NCBI GenBank assembly: GCA_012026655.1
Contig: JAAILG010000357.1
Coordinates: 1-64,000 of the forward strand
Direction of reading: 5' to 3'
Source: Hydrolagus affinis
Lineage: Eukaryota
DNA length: 64,000 bases
Part shown: positions 23,560 through 35,493 of the stretch, piece after piece
How the letters are laid out: every line of letters begins with the position of its first letter
How positions within the stretch are numbered: the stretch's first letter is position 1
The notes under the pieces: model-generated
What the model was told of the DNA's origin: nothing
The model's database searches: none
Seen by the model: the letters and a program-made list of their open reading frames with translations, nothing else
Program-made: the position numbers and the translations under genes

Positions 23560-23770
23560 ACAATATAAAGAATCTATTCTTGAATACATCAACACAATCC
23601 AATTCAATCACCGCCATGAACTCACTGCCCTCTGTGTGAAGTAATTCCTCCTAAAATCTCTTTCATATCTCCTACTCACTATCTTACATTGGTGTACCCT
23701 GGTTATATTCTCCCCAGCCAGTGAAAACAGCCTGTTTATATTAATCTTATTGGAGTTTAAAGACTTACTT
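23560..23770 (-). mobile_element. CR1 LINE ORF2 3' fragment (diverged)
   Basis: actcactgccctctgtgtgaagtaattcctcctaaa..ctatcttacattggtgtaccctgg..cagtgaaaacagc, i.e. the CR1 RG.....R.FFTQR region in reverse. Confidence 0.6.
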
Positions 23771-24093
23771 TCATTCACTGAACATTAATGACGCTTAAAA
23801 AACAACAATAATTTTTGTGCCCTAGTCACTCATTGCGCAAAGGATGTACTTACCACGAAATGCAATCTCTTTATAATGATGTTCACAGTTTGTTGTTAAG
23901 TTCTTATTTATAAATGTGACGAAAATCAAAATTGCAAATAAATGAAACTTGGCAATTTAGTGCATATAAATGACTGTAACAGGTTTAGTGTCTAAACATA
24001 GAGCAGCGCACACCGGCAATACAGAATCAGAATAGTTAGTCAAGTGTACCTCCTTTACGTTAAACTGAAACCTCCTTTTCCAAATAGTGCGTT

Positions 24094-24383
24094 GTGGAGT
24101 CCTGTAGCTCAGTGGTTAGAGCATTCGCCTTACAAGTGAGATACCTGGGTTCAATTCTCGGCAGCGTGAAACCTTGGGCAAGTTTGCTTACTCCACACCC
24201 CTGACAATAATCCCTCAAGAAAAACAATAATACATTGATCATTTTAATTCATGATTTGTGGGATATTCTGCAATTAGCTGCCGCGTTTCGGCCACATATT
24301 TACAGTCAATTCACTTTACAGTTTGAGACGTCTAGAAGATGTGAAAAGTGATATATCAAATGTAAGGATTATTATTATTATTA
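24094..24383 (+). mobile_element. full-length tRNA/Deu/L2-tail SINE, short variant
   Basis: gtggagtcctgtagctcagtggttagagcattcgccttacaag ... tgtaaggattattattatta. Confidence 0.95.
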
Positions 24384-25134
24384 ATATCTATCTGAACTAC
24401 TAGAATTGATTTACTTTGCATTTTCATCTCTGGGATTGGATCTACATATTAGCCTCAATAGGACAAATATGTGCATGTGAGTATTGGGGGGTGGTGGGGT
24501 GATGGATAAGAATACCCTGTAGATCCGAGCGCAGTTTGATTTTGTCAAGGTACAAGGGCCCTCTGTGTCATATGGAGATTCAAATGAAACTTATCCCCTT
24601 CCCGGCCCGCTTCACCATTGGCAGTTGGGCCTTCAGCCTCTGGAATTCCATCCCACAGTCCCATCACCTTGCTCTCTTCCTCGCCTTCTTGAAGACTCCC
24701 CCACACATGAGCCCTGTCTTTCCCAAAGCACCGAACCAGCTCTTCAATGAATAGCTACAGGGAAATGCCTGGGATAATCAAGGTTTTGTAATAGTCTTGG
24801 CTAATGATGAGGTTTCACTGTACGTTTCATTTCAGAATCTAATTAATTCTCAAGGCAAAATTAAAAGAGCGTTTGCCCCATTAAGATCACGATTAGTAAA
24901 CTAAACAGCAGTTTAATTCAGAAATGTGGAAATTCATGAGAATTTCGCCATACTCGCTTGGTCTGACCAAATTACCTTTTGGAGTGACTTCTTTTTGTAC
25001 TTTTCCAAATCAGTCATAGCTTTCTTTAAACAAAAGGAACACACTACACCCAGGCATCTTGTGAATGAGTCCTTTTTAATGAAGATCATTTCCTTCTTTT
25101 AATCCCATCGGAAACCCAAACTCTTTTCACATCA

Positions 25135-25460
25135 GGAGGACATCTGAAAGCTTAGTTGGTGAAAGCAGCAGCCAATTTGCGCACATTGTTGGCCACAACA
25201 TGAGGAGGTACTCACTTTTTGAATTGTGCTGTTGGATTTTTAATGTCCAACTGAATAGCAGATGGGGCTTCAGTTGGAATGTCTCATGTGAAGGACATAT
25301 CCTCTGACAGTCCAGCACATCCCACCTCCCTCTCTCCTCCCCCAGCCTTGCTTTGGAGTGTCAGCCCAAACTGCATGAGTTCAAAGACCCGACGTGGGGC
25401 TTGAACCCACAAGCTTCTGACTCTGTAGCGAGAGTGCTACCGACTGGCTGAGGCTGACAC
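25135..25460 (-). mobile_element. older DeuSINE
   Basis: gcagccaatttgcgcac..tggagtgtcagccc..ggggcttgaacccacaagcttctgactc..gagagtgctaccgactg. Confidence 0.75.
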
Positions 25461-25574
25461 TTAAAGTGTAGGGTTGTGTTTTGTTTCAGTGGAATAAGGA
25501 ATAAATGGTATTCAGTGTATGAAGTGTATTTCAGCAGATTTCTTTTCAAACACCCAGTTTCACAAGCACCATAA

Positions 25575-25876
25575 TATAATACTAACAATTTTTGCAGTTG
25601 ATTTAGTGCTTTTCACACCTTGTGGACATCTCAAAGCACTTCACAGAATATACTGTAAAGTAAATTGACTGTATGATTGTGGACGAAACGCGGCAGCCAA
25701 TTGCGCACAGCAGTGTTCCACAAATATTCATAGATTGAGTGAACAAATTATTATTTTGTTTGAAGAATTATTATCCCTGGAAAAGTGATCTGCCAATCAA
25801 GTAACAACCAGGTTCCTACTTACTGCTAGGTAAACTGAGGTGTGAGGAGTCAGGAAACTTGCCCAACATTTCGCCC
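25575..25876 (-). mobile_element. SINE, long variant, head missing
   Basis: cacagaatatactgtaaag..gcggcagccaattgcgcacagcagtg..ccaggttcctacttactgctaggtaaac..ggaaacttgcccaa. Confidence 0.9.
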
Positions 25877-25914
25877 ATAAGACTTGCTCACGAGCAGTCA
25901 GCTCTGAGGTTTTG

Positions 25915-25948
25915 CAATTGCTCGAGGAACGTAAGCCTCGAGCAATTG
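25915..25948. repeat. perfect 13-bp inverted repeat with 8-bp spacer
   Basis: caattgctcgagg-aacgtaag-cctcgagcaattg. Confidence 0.95.
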
Positions 25949-26456
25949 ATAAACAAGGTCAGGGAACAGTTTGCGGATCGTTGATATTTTGGTATTTTAT
26001 TAAAATCAGAAGTTCACAACATAATATCTCCCCATTCTCCTGCATGAAATGTGCGACAAAAACATTCATTGAAGCGTTTAGTTGTGTGGGCCGAACCCCC
26101 TTGTTTTACTATTGAAAATGCTAATCTGTTAATTATAGGCCTCATCTCAGCATTCTACTTGAGTGCAGCCAGTGCACATATATTTGTATCATGGTAAAAA
26201 GCCTGGTTGCCTCACTTATTGGATCAGATAATGGGAGTAATTCCCCTCGCTTAATTGCGTCTTGGTATTTTTATCGTCACCTGAACGGGTAAGCGGCAAC
26301 TCGGTTGACTGTCTCATGCGATGGGCAGCACCTCTGCAAAGCACCATCAGCCTTTCCAAGTCGATGTTAGAGATCCGAATTGTACAACGCAAAACGAGAA
26401 GGGAGTTTTTCTCGATGTTCAAACAATCCACAGATTATTTGAAATGAAACCACTGC

Positions 26457-26488
26457 AATCTGTGGGATTGTCAACAATCCCACAGATT
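26457..26488. repeat. perfect 15-bp inverted repeat with 2-nt loop inside a decayed DeuSINE remnant
   Basis: aatctgtgggattgt-ca-acaatcccacagatt. Confidence 0.95.
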
Positions 26489-27369
26489 AAAATTGATCAA
26501 TCACCGTGTGGCTGTTTATGAGACATTGCCTACAAAACACAGGCCCTACACTTTATGGTAAATTCAGCAAGGAGAGTCGAGATACCCTCCTAGTTGTGCA
26601 GGTGCCATATCAACTGCAACTATTATTATTATTTTATAAACAAAAGCGCCCAGGTATGCCATCCCTCGGTAAACCAGTTGTGTCACATTAAACCACAGTG
26701 TTATCTGTCAAATACTAAACGGAAAGGAAACATTAATAATAGGATACTCTCCCCCCAAAAATGACATTGATTGATATTCACTGCATCGCCGAACAAAGCT
26801 ATTACGGTGAGTCTAACTACTGTTGAAAGCTCGTTGGGTTTTGACACTTTCAGACCACTTCAACTTAGTTATAAATGCACGTGAATGTGGGAGCTTTTAT
26901 GCTAGACCAGTATTTTAATTAAAACAAAACTCGATCTATGGAATTAATACTGGCAGATTCATTTTCCACCCCTTGTATTTTTTGGGGCCCGGTTAAGATT
27001 TCAACCAGAAAATGAATGCAATTGACCTGCAAGCTACGTTGGCCTCGAGTGTTCCTCAAAGTCACCGCACTGACAGTTCCAAGAAAGTCTCCTCTTTGGA
27101 AAGAGCCCGGCCCTTCTCTGAGACAATAAAGAAATGAATCACAACGGTCATTGGACTTTGTGCCTGTGACACCCATTCTGAGGATTGTTATTCTTCCATT
27201 TGGAACGTGTGAAGGGAGAATCTGTGATAGATGTGAAATGAAACCCACATCAAGCAAGATGAGAGATACCCATTGTATCGTTATCACACTCAATCCAACT
27301 CGGTAAGCTTTACAGTGCGTTTTGTTTTCCCCCTCCCACTCAGTGTCCGCATCCTTGACACAGACAATC

Positions 27370-27725
27370 AATAACTGTTTGGGATTCCTGTCACGCCGGC
27401 CGGCGAGGAGCGAGACGGGGGCGATGGTGGAGTGAGGAGCTTGTTGCACTGTTCTTAGCTGCACGTCGTAAGACGGTCACCATGGAGACGAGCTGCAGCC
27501 ATCTGCAGTGGCAGAATGTGGCTTGCCAGAGCGCTGGCGGTTGCTCAGGTTATTAGAATGCACGGGGGGGGCGGGGGGGGGGGGTGTGGGGGGGTGCAGC
27601 TAAGAAAGCGCGGTGAGCAAATCACTGTTTATCAACAGAGTCTTCCGACCTTTCAGCAACGGGAATTTTGATGTTCAGCTATTTTAGTGGCTTGGCTCAG
27701 GATCCTGAAAGCTGACTGGCTGCGG
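27370..27725. promoter_or_regulatory. CpG-rich candidate regulatory region with an RFX X-box-like motif
   Basis: Locally dense CpGs in unique sequence, GTCACCATGGAGAC at 27476-27489, G-tract at 27563-27595. Confidence 0.35.
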
Positions 27726-27729
27726 GTCC

Positions 27730-28087
27730 CGAATGCGCTTCGGAATCTAGCGTTTTTTTGTGGTTTCTGTTTTTGCGCGCAGCAACGTCACACAAACAGC
27801 TGCGGAGTGAGTGACCAATTTTATTTGCGGGATTTGTTAGCCAAGACAACCACGAGAGAAAAATTCCCTTTTCTATAGTTTGTTTGAAGTGATTATTACC
27901 ACTGCCCCACGACCCCTCCTCCCCGAAAGCGATCCACCAATCAACTAACAACTGGGTTCCTACTTAATGATAGATAAGCGCCTTGGGATGTCCTCCTACA
28001 GTGACAGGCGCTATACAAATGTAATTCTGTTGTTGTTGTACACAGAGGCGTGTGGAGGACTCTATACCATTAGACTACAGGACTCCA
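27730..28087 (-). mobile_element. SINE, long variant, with a plus-strand L2 tail (about 27976-28038) inserted
   Basis: gcgatccaccaatcaactaacaactgggttcctactt [aagcgccttgggatgtcc..gttgttgttg] acacagaggcgtgtggag..ctacaggactcca. Confidence 0.8.
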
Positions 28088-28282
28088 TCATATTTTATTA
28101 TTTATAAAAAAAGCTGAATAATTGGATTCAGGTAATTCAGAACGAGAGATTCAGTGCTTGTTAGTTTAATGGCTCCTTACCAAATTATGTCAAATTTGCT
28201 TTAAATAATAATAGGCACTTCTGAAAAAATATATTGACTACACATCAGCGAATAAGGGACCAATTATATCTGTTTCCTTTTG

Positions 28283-29370
28283 ATAACAACAACATGCACT
28301 TCTCTAGTGGCCTCTCAGGGTAACAGAGTGCTTAACAGTGATGGAGCCTAACTCCGAACTGGGTGGGGTGGGGGGTGGGGGGTGGAGAGGGGGAAGATGG
28401 CCATAAGTACGGTCGAAGAAAAAAGTTTTCAGGTGAGAATTGAAAGAGGGGAGGGCAAGGCAGAGGGATTGAGGGAGAAAGTTCCAGAGTTTGGGGTTTG
28501 CAGAGTGTTCTCAGAGTTTCCAAAGTGGCTGAAAGCGCGACCTCCAATGCTGAGGCGGAGGGTGCAAGGGACGAGCAGGAGGTCTGGTGCCAGTCAAGCG
28601 GAGGCACCGGGGAGTGAGTGAGGAGGTAGGGAGGTGCCAGGGAGTGAATGGGTTTGAACATGAGTATGAGGATCTCGATCCGTTCAATGATGGGGAGCCT
28701 GGGGAGCCAGAACTGGTGAGGTGTGGATACGGAGTTTGTTCTGGATCAGTATGCGGGCGGCAGAGTTCTGAAGGAGCTGGATCTTTTGAATGGTGGAGCT
28801 GGGGAGATGGGCGAGGCATTGAAGTAATCCAGGCAGGAGGTGACAAATACACGCACTCGGGTTTCAACTGCATTTGAGGTAAGATATAGTCGGACGTGGG
28901 CTATGTGACAGATGTAGAAGAAGGCGGTCCTGGTCGGGGACTGGATGTGGAGGTGGAAGGACAGCTGGGGGTCGAACTGGACGCCCAGATTGCACACCTG
29001 TTTGAGGAGGCTGAGGGAGAGTCCAGGGAAGTTGAGGAGTTTAGATTCACAGGAGTGAAGACGTTGACGGGAGCCAAGGAGTATGGCTTCCATTTTGTCC
29101 ATATTCAGCCGCAGGAAGTTTACACTCATCCAGGCCTCGATGTCTGTCGGACAAACTGAGAGAACAATAGTGGACCTGGAGTTGCTACCGGAGGAGGCAA
29201 AGTAGATTTATGTTTCATCCACAGAGATGTGGATGTTTACCCTCATCTGTGGATGAGTTTATGGATAAGGAAAAGAAAACGGCCAAGAATAAAGCCCTGG
29301 GATACCCCACAGGTGACCGGGTGGGAGGCGGAAGAGAAACCATTAGCTAGGTTGAAATGGAGGCGGTTGT
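28283..29370 (-). mobile_element. 5'-truncated, decayed L2 LINE
   Basis: Minus strand CGVSQGFILGRFLF (RT GVPQG motif), MSVNFLRLNMDKMEAILLG..NLGVQFDPQLSF, FVTSCLDY, and a degenerate (AAC)n tail near 28283. Confidence 0.9.
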
Positions 29371-30294
29371 AAGGCAATTGTAAACATTGTAAGTGTCGCT
29401 GCAGTCTCTGCTGATGTAGAGAAAAAACTCTCTGGTGGGGGAATTTATGATGTGACAGATAACAAGATAGAGAGGGTTCAGCTGTATCTGAAGGTACTGA
29501 ATTAAAACACATTGAGAAAATGGCATGCAGCCAAGTTGCCTTCTGGGCAAATGTACCTTTTACATCTGCCTAGCAGCAAACAGGGCGGTATATTTGTTTT
29601 AATGCAAATTGAAGCTGAGGAAAGTAGAAAAGCGACTGACCTGCGACTCTTGTATCCACTGTTTGCCGAACAAGTAAGAAAGAATGGATATAACATGCTT
29701 TTTTTTTAAATATGAAAGGGGTAATGAGGATATGACGAATGGAAGGACTAAGGATAATAATAATTATTGGAATATTAATATTATCCTCCCGACGTGAAAG
29801 ACACTATACAAATGTAATTTGTTGCTGTTGTTGTTGTTCGTGAGACATTGCTGACATTGCGCAAATTTGAACTGGCATTGAGAAAAATATAGCCGCAACT
29901 TTATACCAACTTTGGGACAGCCTCCCAATGTGAAAGCGTAATATTAAATGCAAGGAATATTAGTATTAATTATTATTATGACTACACCTTCCTTGCTTCA
30001 GGATGATAGCTGATAATCTATAGCCATTGATATCATATTGAAGGCACGATGTTTCATATTCAGCTCATTCACTACAACTGCAAGCATGAAGCTGCCAAGT
30101 TATGCTGCCACTAATGTTTACAGACGTTGATCATGTCGTAGCCTTCACTGAGTAAGGTCAAAGCAATTTAATTCCTGGCTTCACTGACTAACCTAATATG
30201 AAATTTAAGATAGTTTTACTTCTTCCCACCCCTACCCACCAGCCCTCCAGCGACCTTTATGTTATTACCCTTGCTTACTTGGCACTCTTCCTTA

Positions 30295-30427
30295 CCTAGG
30301 ATTTAGGGATAAGGCAGTTGGGTGGATTTAGAAGATCAGCCATGATCTTATTGAATGACGGGGAAGGCTCGTGGGGCCGAATAGCCTGCACCTGGTCCTA
30401 ATAATTCTTATGTTATTATGTTCTTAT
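30295..30427 (+). mobile_element. CR1-clade LINE 3' tail
   Basis: gggataaggcag..gatcagccatgatcttattgaatgacggggaaggctcgtggggccgaatagcctgc..ttcttatgttattatgttctta. Confidence 0.85.
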
Positions 30428-30600
30428 TGTTATAGTTCCTGCTCATTGGCGCTCCTGGTAGGATTGCAGGCATCTGCAGTTGGAAAACGTCTATAAACTC
30501 CGTAGACCACATATAGTGTCTTCAGCTCAACCACGAGGGCCAGAGATTCGCAGGCCATCCTGAAAGTTGACACCAACAATTCGGAGGAACGTGTTTTTTC

Positions 30601-30700
30601 AACAACAACAACAACTTCGATTTATATAGCGCCCTCCATGCTGGACGGCGTCTCAGAGCGCTTCACAGTAGCGGATCCCGGGACCGAGCCAGGGGCACAA
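30601..30700 (-). mobile_element. L2 3' UTR and tail
   Basis: Reverse-complement match to 11520-11620 (gtgcccctggctcggtcccgggatccgctactgtgaagcgctctgagacgccgtccagc). Confidence 0.9.
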
Positions 30701-30819
30701 AGCATGTTTAGGTTATAGATTGCCCTGCCAGGAGCTGAGATCAAGGCAGAATCCATAGCAGCTTTCAAAAAGGAACTGGAACTGGATAGATGACTAAAAA
30801 GGAGTAAAATTACAGTGGT

Positions 30820-31085
30820 ACAATAATAATAATCCTTGCGTATGAAAGAGCAGCTTACCACATTGATGAGATGTCTCAAACGCTTCACAGGTTGTTCTGT
30901 AAAGTGGATTGATTGTGTATTAAGTAGGTAATGTTGGGGCGGGGGGGATTGATTTGAGACGTCCCAAAGACGTGATAATAATAATAAATAAAAGTAGTCC
31001 TTACATTTGATTTTGCGCTTATCACGTCTTCCAGACGTCTCAAAGCGCTTCACTTGTATACACTGTAAAGTGGAATTGATTGTGA
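30820..31085 (-). mobile_element. cluster of SINE 3' tail fragments
   Basis: Two (AAT)n..tctcaaa(g)cgcttcac..gtaaagtgga segments. Confidence 0.75.
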
Positions 31086-31469
31086 AATACAAGGATAATT
31101 CTTAGTATTATTCTTAAGAGGAAAAACCTTTAAAACATTACTCTCACTATGCGTCGTCAAGCAGAACAAAGATTCCCATTGAAACGAGACCCTAACCTAC
31201 CACGCTCCCTCACCCAAGCTTTTGTTCGTCATAACTGACAATTGAGACACCAACTTTTGTGGCTTCTCCATGAACCACATTTTGCTTGCCCACTGTGTGC
31301 ATTATAAGGAACTCCTGAATGATATGTATTGTCTTTGTGATTAATTGCAGAGAAAATTACACAGAGAAAGGTACAGTAATTTAATGAAGTGCATTGTTTG
31401 CTTTATTCTTCCCCTGAAATATCATTACCTTAAGGTGAAATCCACCAGGGTAGGTTAAGCAATTCGACT

Positions 31470-32750
31470 ATCCTTCTACTACCTCGTACACCCTTCTCTC
31501 CTGGTCTCTGGCATCTAAGCCATGATTGCCATTCCCCCCCTCCCCCCCGCTCTGTCTCCCGTAGCCTGCAGTTTACTGCTGCCTCGCTGATGGCTCGCTC
31601 CCTGCCTCTGCGTGCGTGTTTTGGCTGCCGCCCCGAATCCGAACCACATTCCCAAAAATGTTCCTGCTCCCACCCCTCAAGCTTTGCTACACTCACTCTG
31701 TCCTTCTCACCACCACTCTCCTCACCTTCTCTCTCTCCTGAAACCCACCATTACATAATAATCCAAATAATAATCCTTGCATTTGATATAGCGCTTTTCA
31801 CATTTTATCGATGTCTCAAAGCGCTTCACAGAATATACTGTAAAGTGAATTGACTGTATATTTGTGGGTGAAACGCAGCAGCCAATTGTGCACAGCAATG
31901 TCCCACAAACAGTCGTGGATTGAAATGACCAATATTTATTATTGTGTTTTTTGGGGGACAGATTATTATTGGGCATGTGGAGAAAGGAAACTGCCTGGAT
32001 TTGAACACAGGTGTCATGCTTATAAGGCGAATGCTCTAACCACTGAGGTACAGGAGCTCCAACGAAGGAACATCCCTCTGATTCAGTCTGGGCATCTTCC
32101 CCCAGGCTCATCGTGGCTCTTGGCGTTGGTTGTCCCAAAGCAGCCACCCCAACTGTCTCCATCACTCACTCTCTATGCACCAACCGCCTCTGGAAGGCAA
32201 ACACCTCTCCCTCTGGCCCTCCACCTGTAGCGATCCTGATGCAGCCATCAAGCTGCTGAATGACCGTCTCTCCAAAACGTTTAACTCCTTGGCTCCCATG
32301 GAATCCCGGGTTGTTAACAAACCCACCCCCTGGTACAACATTCATCTCCGTTCACTCAAAACACAAACCCGGCCTCTCGAGTTCACTTCTTTGCCCTCGT
32401 TTCTCTTTCCTCCCTCTCAACCACAATCACCCGGATCAAGTTCACTACCAGCTGCCTTGACCCCCTCCCCCACCTCCCCACCCAGCTGTCAATCAACTCT
32501 CCCTCCTCTCCCCCTCACTGGCCAACAAGGTCAACCAGTCTCTCTCCCCAGGCTCTGTTCCAATCACCCTGAAACCTGCTGTCAACACACTTCTCCTCAA
32601 AAACCCACCCTCGATCCCTCTAATCTCTCTCACTGCTGACCCATCTCCAATCTACCCTTCCTTGCCAAAGTTCTGGAACGCATTGTTGCAGGTCAACTTT
32701 GGTCACCTCTCCCTCCTCAAACCCTTACAGTCTGGTTTTCGCTCCGCCAG
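31470..32750 (+). mobile_element. decayed, internally deleted L2 ORF2 (endonuclease to start of RT)
   Basis: TFNSLAPMESRVVNKPTPWYNIHLRSLK, KPTLDPSNLSHC*PISNLPFLAKVLERIV, LQSGFR; the 5' boundary is uncertain. Confidence 0.8.
31755..32059 (-). mobile_element. young SINE inserted in the L2 fragment
   Basis: aatccttgcatttgatatagcgc ... ctctaaccactgaggtacaggagctcc. Confidence 0.95.
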
Positions 32751-32777
32751 TCTTTCCTAAACACGAACCATGTTAAA

Positions 32778-33100
32778 ATAACAACAATCCTGACATTTCG
32801 TACTGTGCCTTTCACATCGGAAGCCCATCTTAAAGCGCTTCACAGGACTTTACTGCGAAGTGCAGTGACTTTGTATTTTATAAGGAACCATGGCAGCCAA
32901 TTAGTGCGCAGCAATATTCCACAAACTGCCATGAAGTGACTGACTAACTTTATTAGGGAGATTGTTGGCCAGGACACTTCATTGATTCATTGAGGATCTT
33001 TAGCAGCCACATGAACAGGCGGACTGGACCTCAGTTTAACATCTCATCTGAAGGTCGGCACCCCCCAGGGCTGGTTGCACTGGAGTGTCAGCCTCGCCGA
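32778..33100 (-). mobile_element. older DeuSINE
   Basis: ggcagccaattagtgcgcagcaatattccacaaac..ttggccaggacac..gacctcagtttaacatctcatctgaagg..gcactggagtgtcagcct. Confidence 0.8.
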
Positions 33101-35203
33101 TGTTCTGCTAATATCCATGAAGTGAAAGTGTAATGTTATCTGGGAGATTGTTATTGGAAGGATTCACTGCATTTGAAAACGTTTGGTTTTGAAACGTACA
33201 GCAACAACAATGACAACAAATTATATTTGTAGAGCATCTTTCACATCGGGAGAACGTCCCGAGGCGCTGGACAATCAGAGTTTCGGACAGTGTTTCAGCA
33301 GCGCTTGCAACTTAAACAATATGGCGCTCTGCAAATAGGAGCCCAATTTCATTTTTGTGATTAAGATTGTCAACAGCTTTATGTCATTTGAAGCGTAAAG
33401 CAGTTTAGTTTTTGGATTATTTTGTGCCAGTTCATTTGAAAGGAATAATTGCTGCTTAATGTGGCTTTTTGTTTAAAACAAGTTAGATCTGACCATTACC
33501 TCCGAGTCCCATTGGAATAGAATAGCTGTTCATACATGCAATCTTAGCAAATTAAAACCTGATGACTTGGCAACTTTGTTGTGCCATTAATTCTGAGCAC
33601 ATTTATTAAACTTACGGATTCTCGGAAGCAGACTTATTCGTGATGTCTTGTCCTCAAGTGGAAATGTGCCATACAGAGGCACAAGAACAAGGCATACTTA
33701 CAATAAGCTCTAGCCTTCGGTTTGCACTCAACCCCTCTCAATCGGTGACAGGCAAAGGAGGTGGGGGGTGGGGGGTCGGAATGGAGTGGGTCACTCCACA
33801 TGTTATGGAGGGTGAAAATTGAACCCACGTCACTGCTTCTGATCACTATTCAGAGGCAGGAAGGGGCAGCGTGGGAATGTTGGGTGAGAAAAGCGTCAGG
33901 TTCGGCTGTGACAGCTAGAGATTCATATCATACTTGGACCACAACCTCTGGAGCAAGGTCATAGAGAGACAACACGAAGAACAGTCATCAGTGCCTCATG
34001 GTGAGTTTCAATTTTCAGGAGGAAAAAGATATTGGAGAGGACATTGACGAGGAAAACATAGTCACGAAACAAACATATTGAGGAATCCCAACAAATATAA
34101 ATTTGTCTCTCCTGTTCCCGACACGCAGGATGCCAACAGTTTCCCTTGGAACACGAAACAGCACTGACGAGCGTTTCCAAAGCATAGTTTAGCACCATCT
34201 CAACACGCCCCAATGTGTGCCGCTCCAGAGGCCTGCAACAAGAATGCGCCAGAGTTTGGCAAGAAGCAACGTGTCAATTAGTGTCTCGTTTAATGAGAAC
34301 AAACAATGCGGAGACACGCGTGGCAATGAGCTGCAATAAGTTTAACCTACTCCTGCCTGGTGAGTCACTGCAATGTCTGGCGTAAACCGCTGGAAGCCTA
34401 CAAACCACGCAAACCACTTTTCCACCCGCAAGTCTCTCAGTATGAGTCACGCGAGTGTGCACATTGCTTCTCTGTGTGAGGAATCGACGATGGAGCTTGA
34501 AGAGACTAGGCTGAAAATCCAAACAGAGTATAGTGCCAAACCAAACACTTATTTGAGGGATTAAATTGATCCCCCTTTCTATCAGTTCATATTCAACCTC
34601 ACTCTGTGCTGGCGTGAATTTGCTTTGCTGCCAAGCTACCCAAATGCACATGACGCCAAGGTTGGCATCAATGTCAGCCTTGATCAGAGAATGCCCACTT
34701 TGAGGGATTTGCCAGCCAATATCGAGTTCTGTTCATGCTACGGGGGGCAATTTGCTTTTTAAGTTAACTCATTAAAAATACAATTTGTAACCTGACTTGC
34801 CATCCATTTGATCCATTTGATCTAAAACAACAACCACAGCAAAATTACATTTGTAGAGCATCTTTCACATTGGGAGGGCGTCCCAGGTGATGAGCAGTTG
34901 GGAGTCAGGACCCGGACATTGGGTGTGGGGGATGGGGGGTACAAAAAGCTTGGATATCTCAAAATGCTTTGCAGGATTTATTGTAAAGTGTGTATTTTGT
35001 AGGCAAATGCTGTAGCGAATTGATGCACAGTGACATCCAGCGCACATCCATTTGCTTGATGAGCATTACATAAAAAATTGAAATTCAGAGAAATACCCAA
35101 GGCATACTAAACCATCATGTGTAAAATACCGTCCTCATCACTGCTTATGAACGTGAGTCAGGCTGTACATTTGGAAAATGTTCCAAAGTTCCAACTAGAT
35201 CCT

Positions 35204-35493
35204 GAGGCCCTGTAGCTCAGTGGTTAGAGTACTTGCCTCGCAAGCGAGAGACCAGATACTACCTTGGGCAACTTTCCTTACTCTATACGCTTGATAATAA
35301 TCCCTCAAGTAAAAAAAAAAATTGGTCATTTCAATCCACGACTGTTGGTGAGACATTACTGTGGGCAACTGGCTGCCGCGATTTGCCCATAAATATACAG
35401 TCAATTCACTTTACAGTACTGTATATTCTGTGAAGCACTTTGAAATGTCTAGGCATGAAAAACGCTATATCAAATGGAAGGATTCTATTACTA
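35204..35493 (+). mobile_element. young SINE, near full length
   Basis: ccctgtagctcagtggttagagtacttgcctcgcaagcgagagacc ... cgctatatcaaatggaaggatt. Confidence 0.9.

Noticed and set aside
26919-27464. 181-aa minus-strand ORF
   Set aside because: Non-ATG start, no recognisable motif and no supporting splice structure; compatible with a chance open frame.
34018-34260. Plus-strand acceptor-like sites followed by EEKDIGEDIDEENIVTKQTY* and other short frames
   Set aside because: All frames stop quickly, there is no matching donor, and no homology is recognisable.
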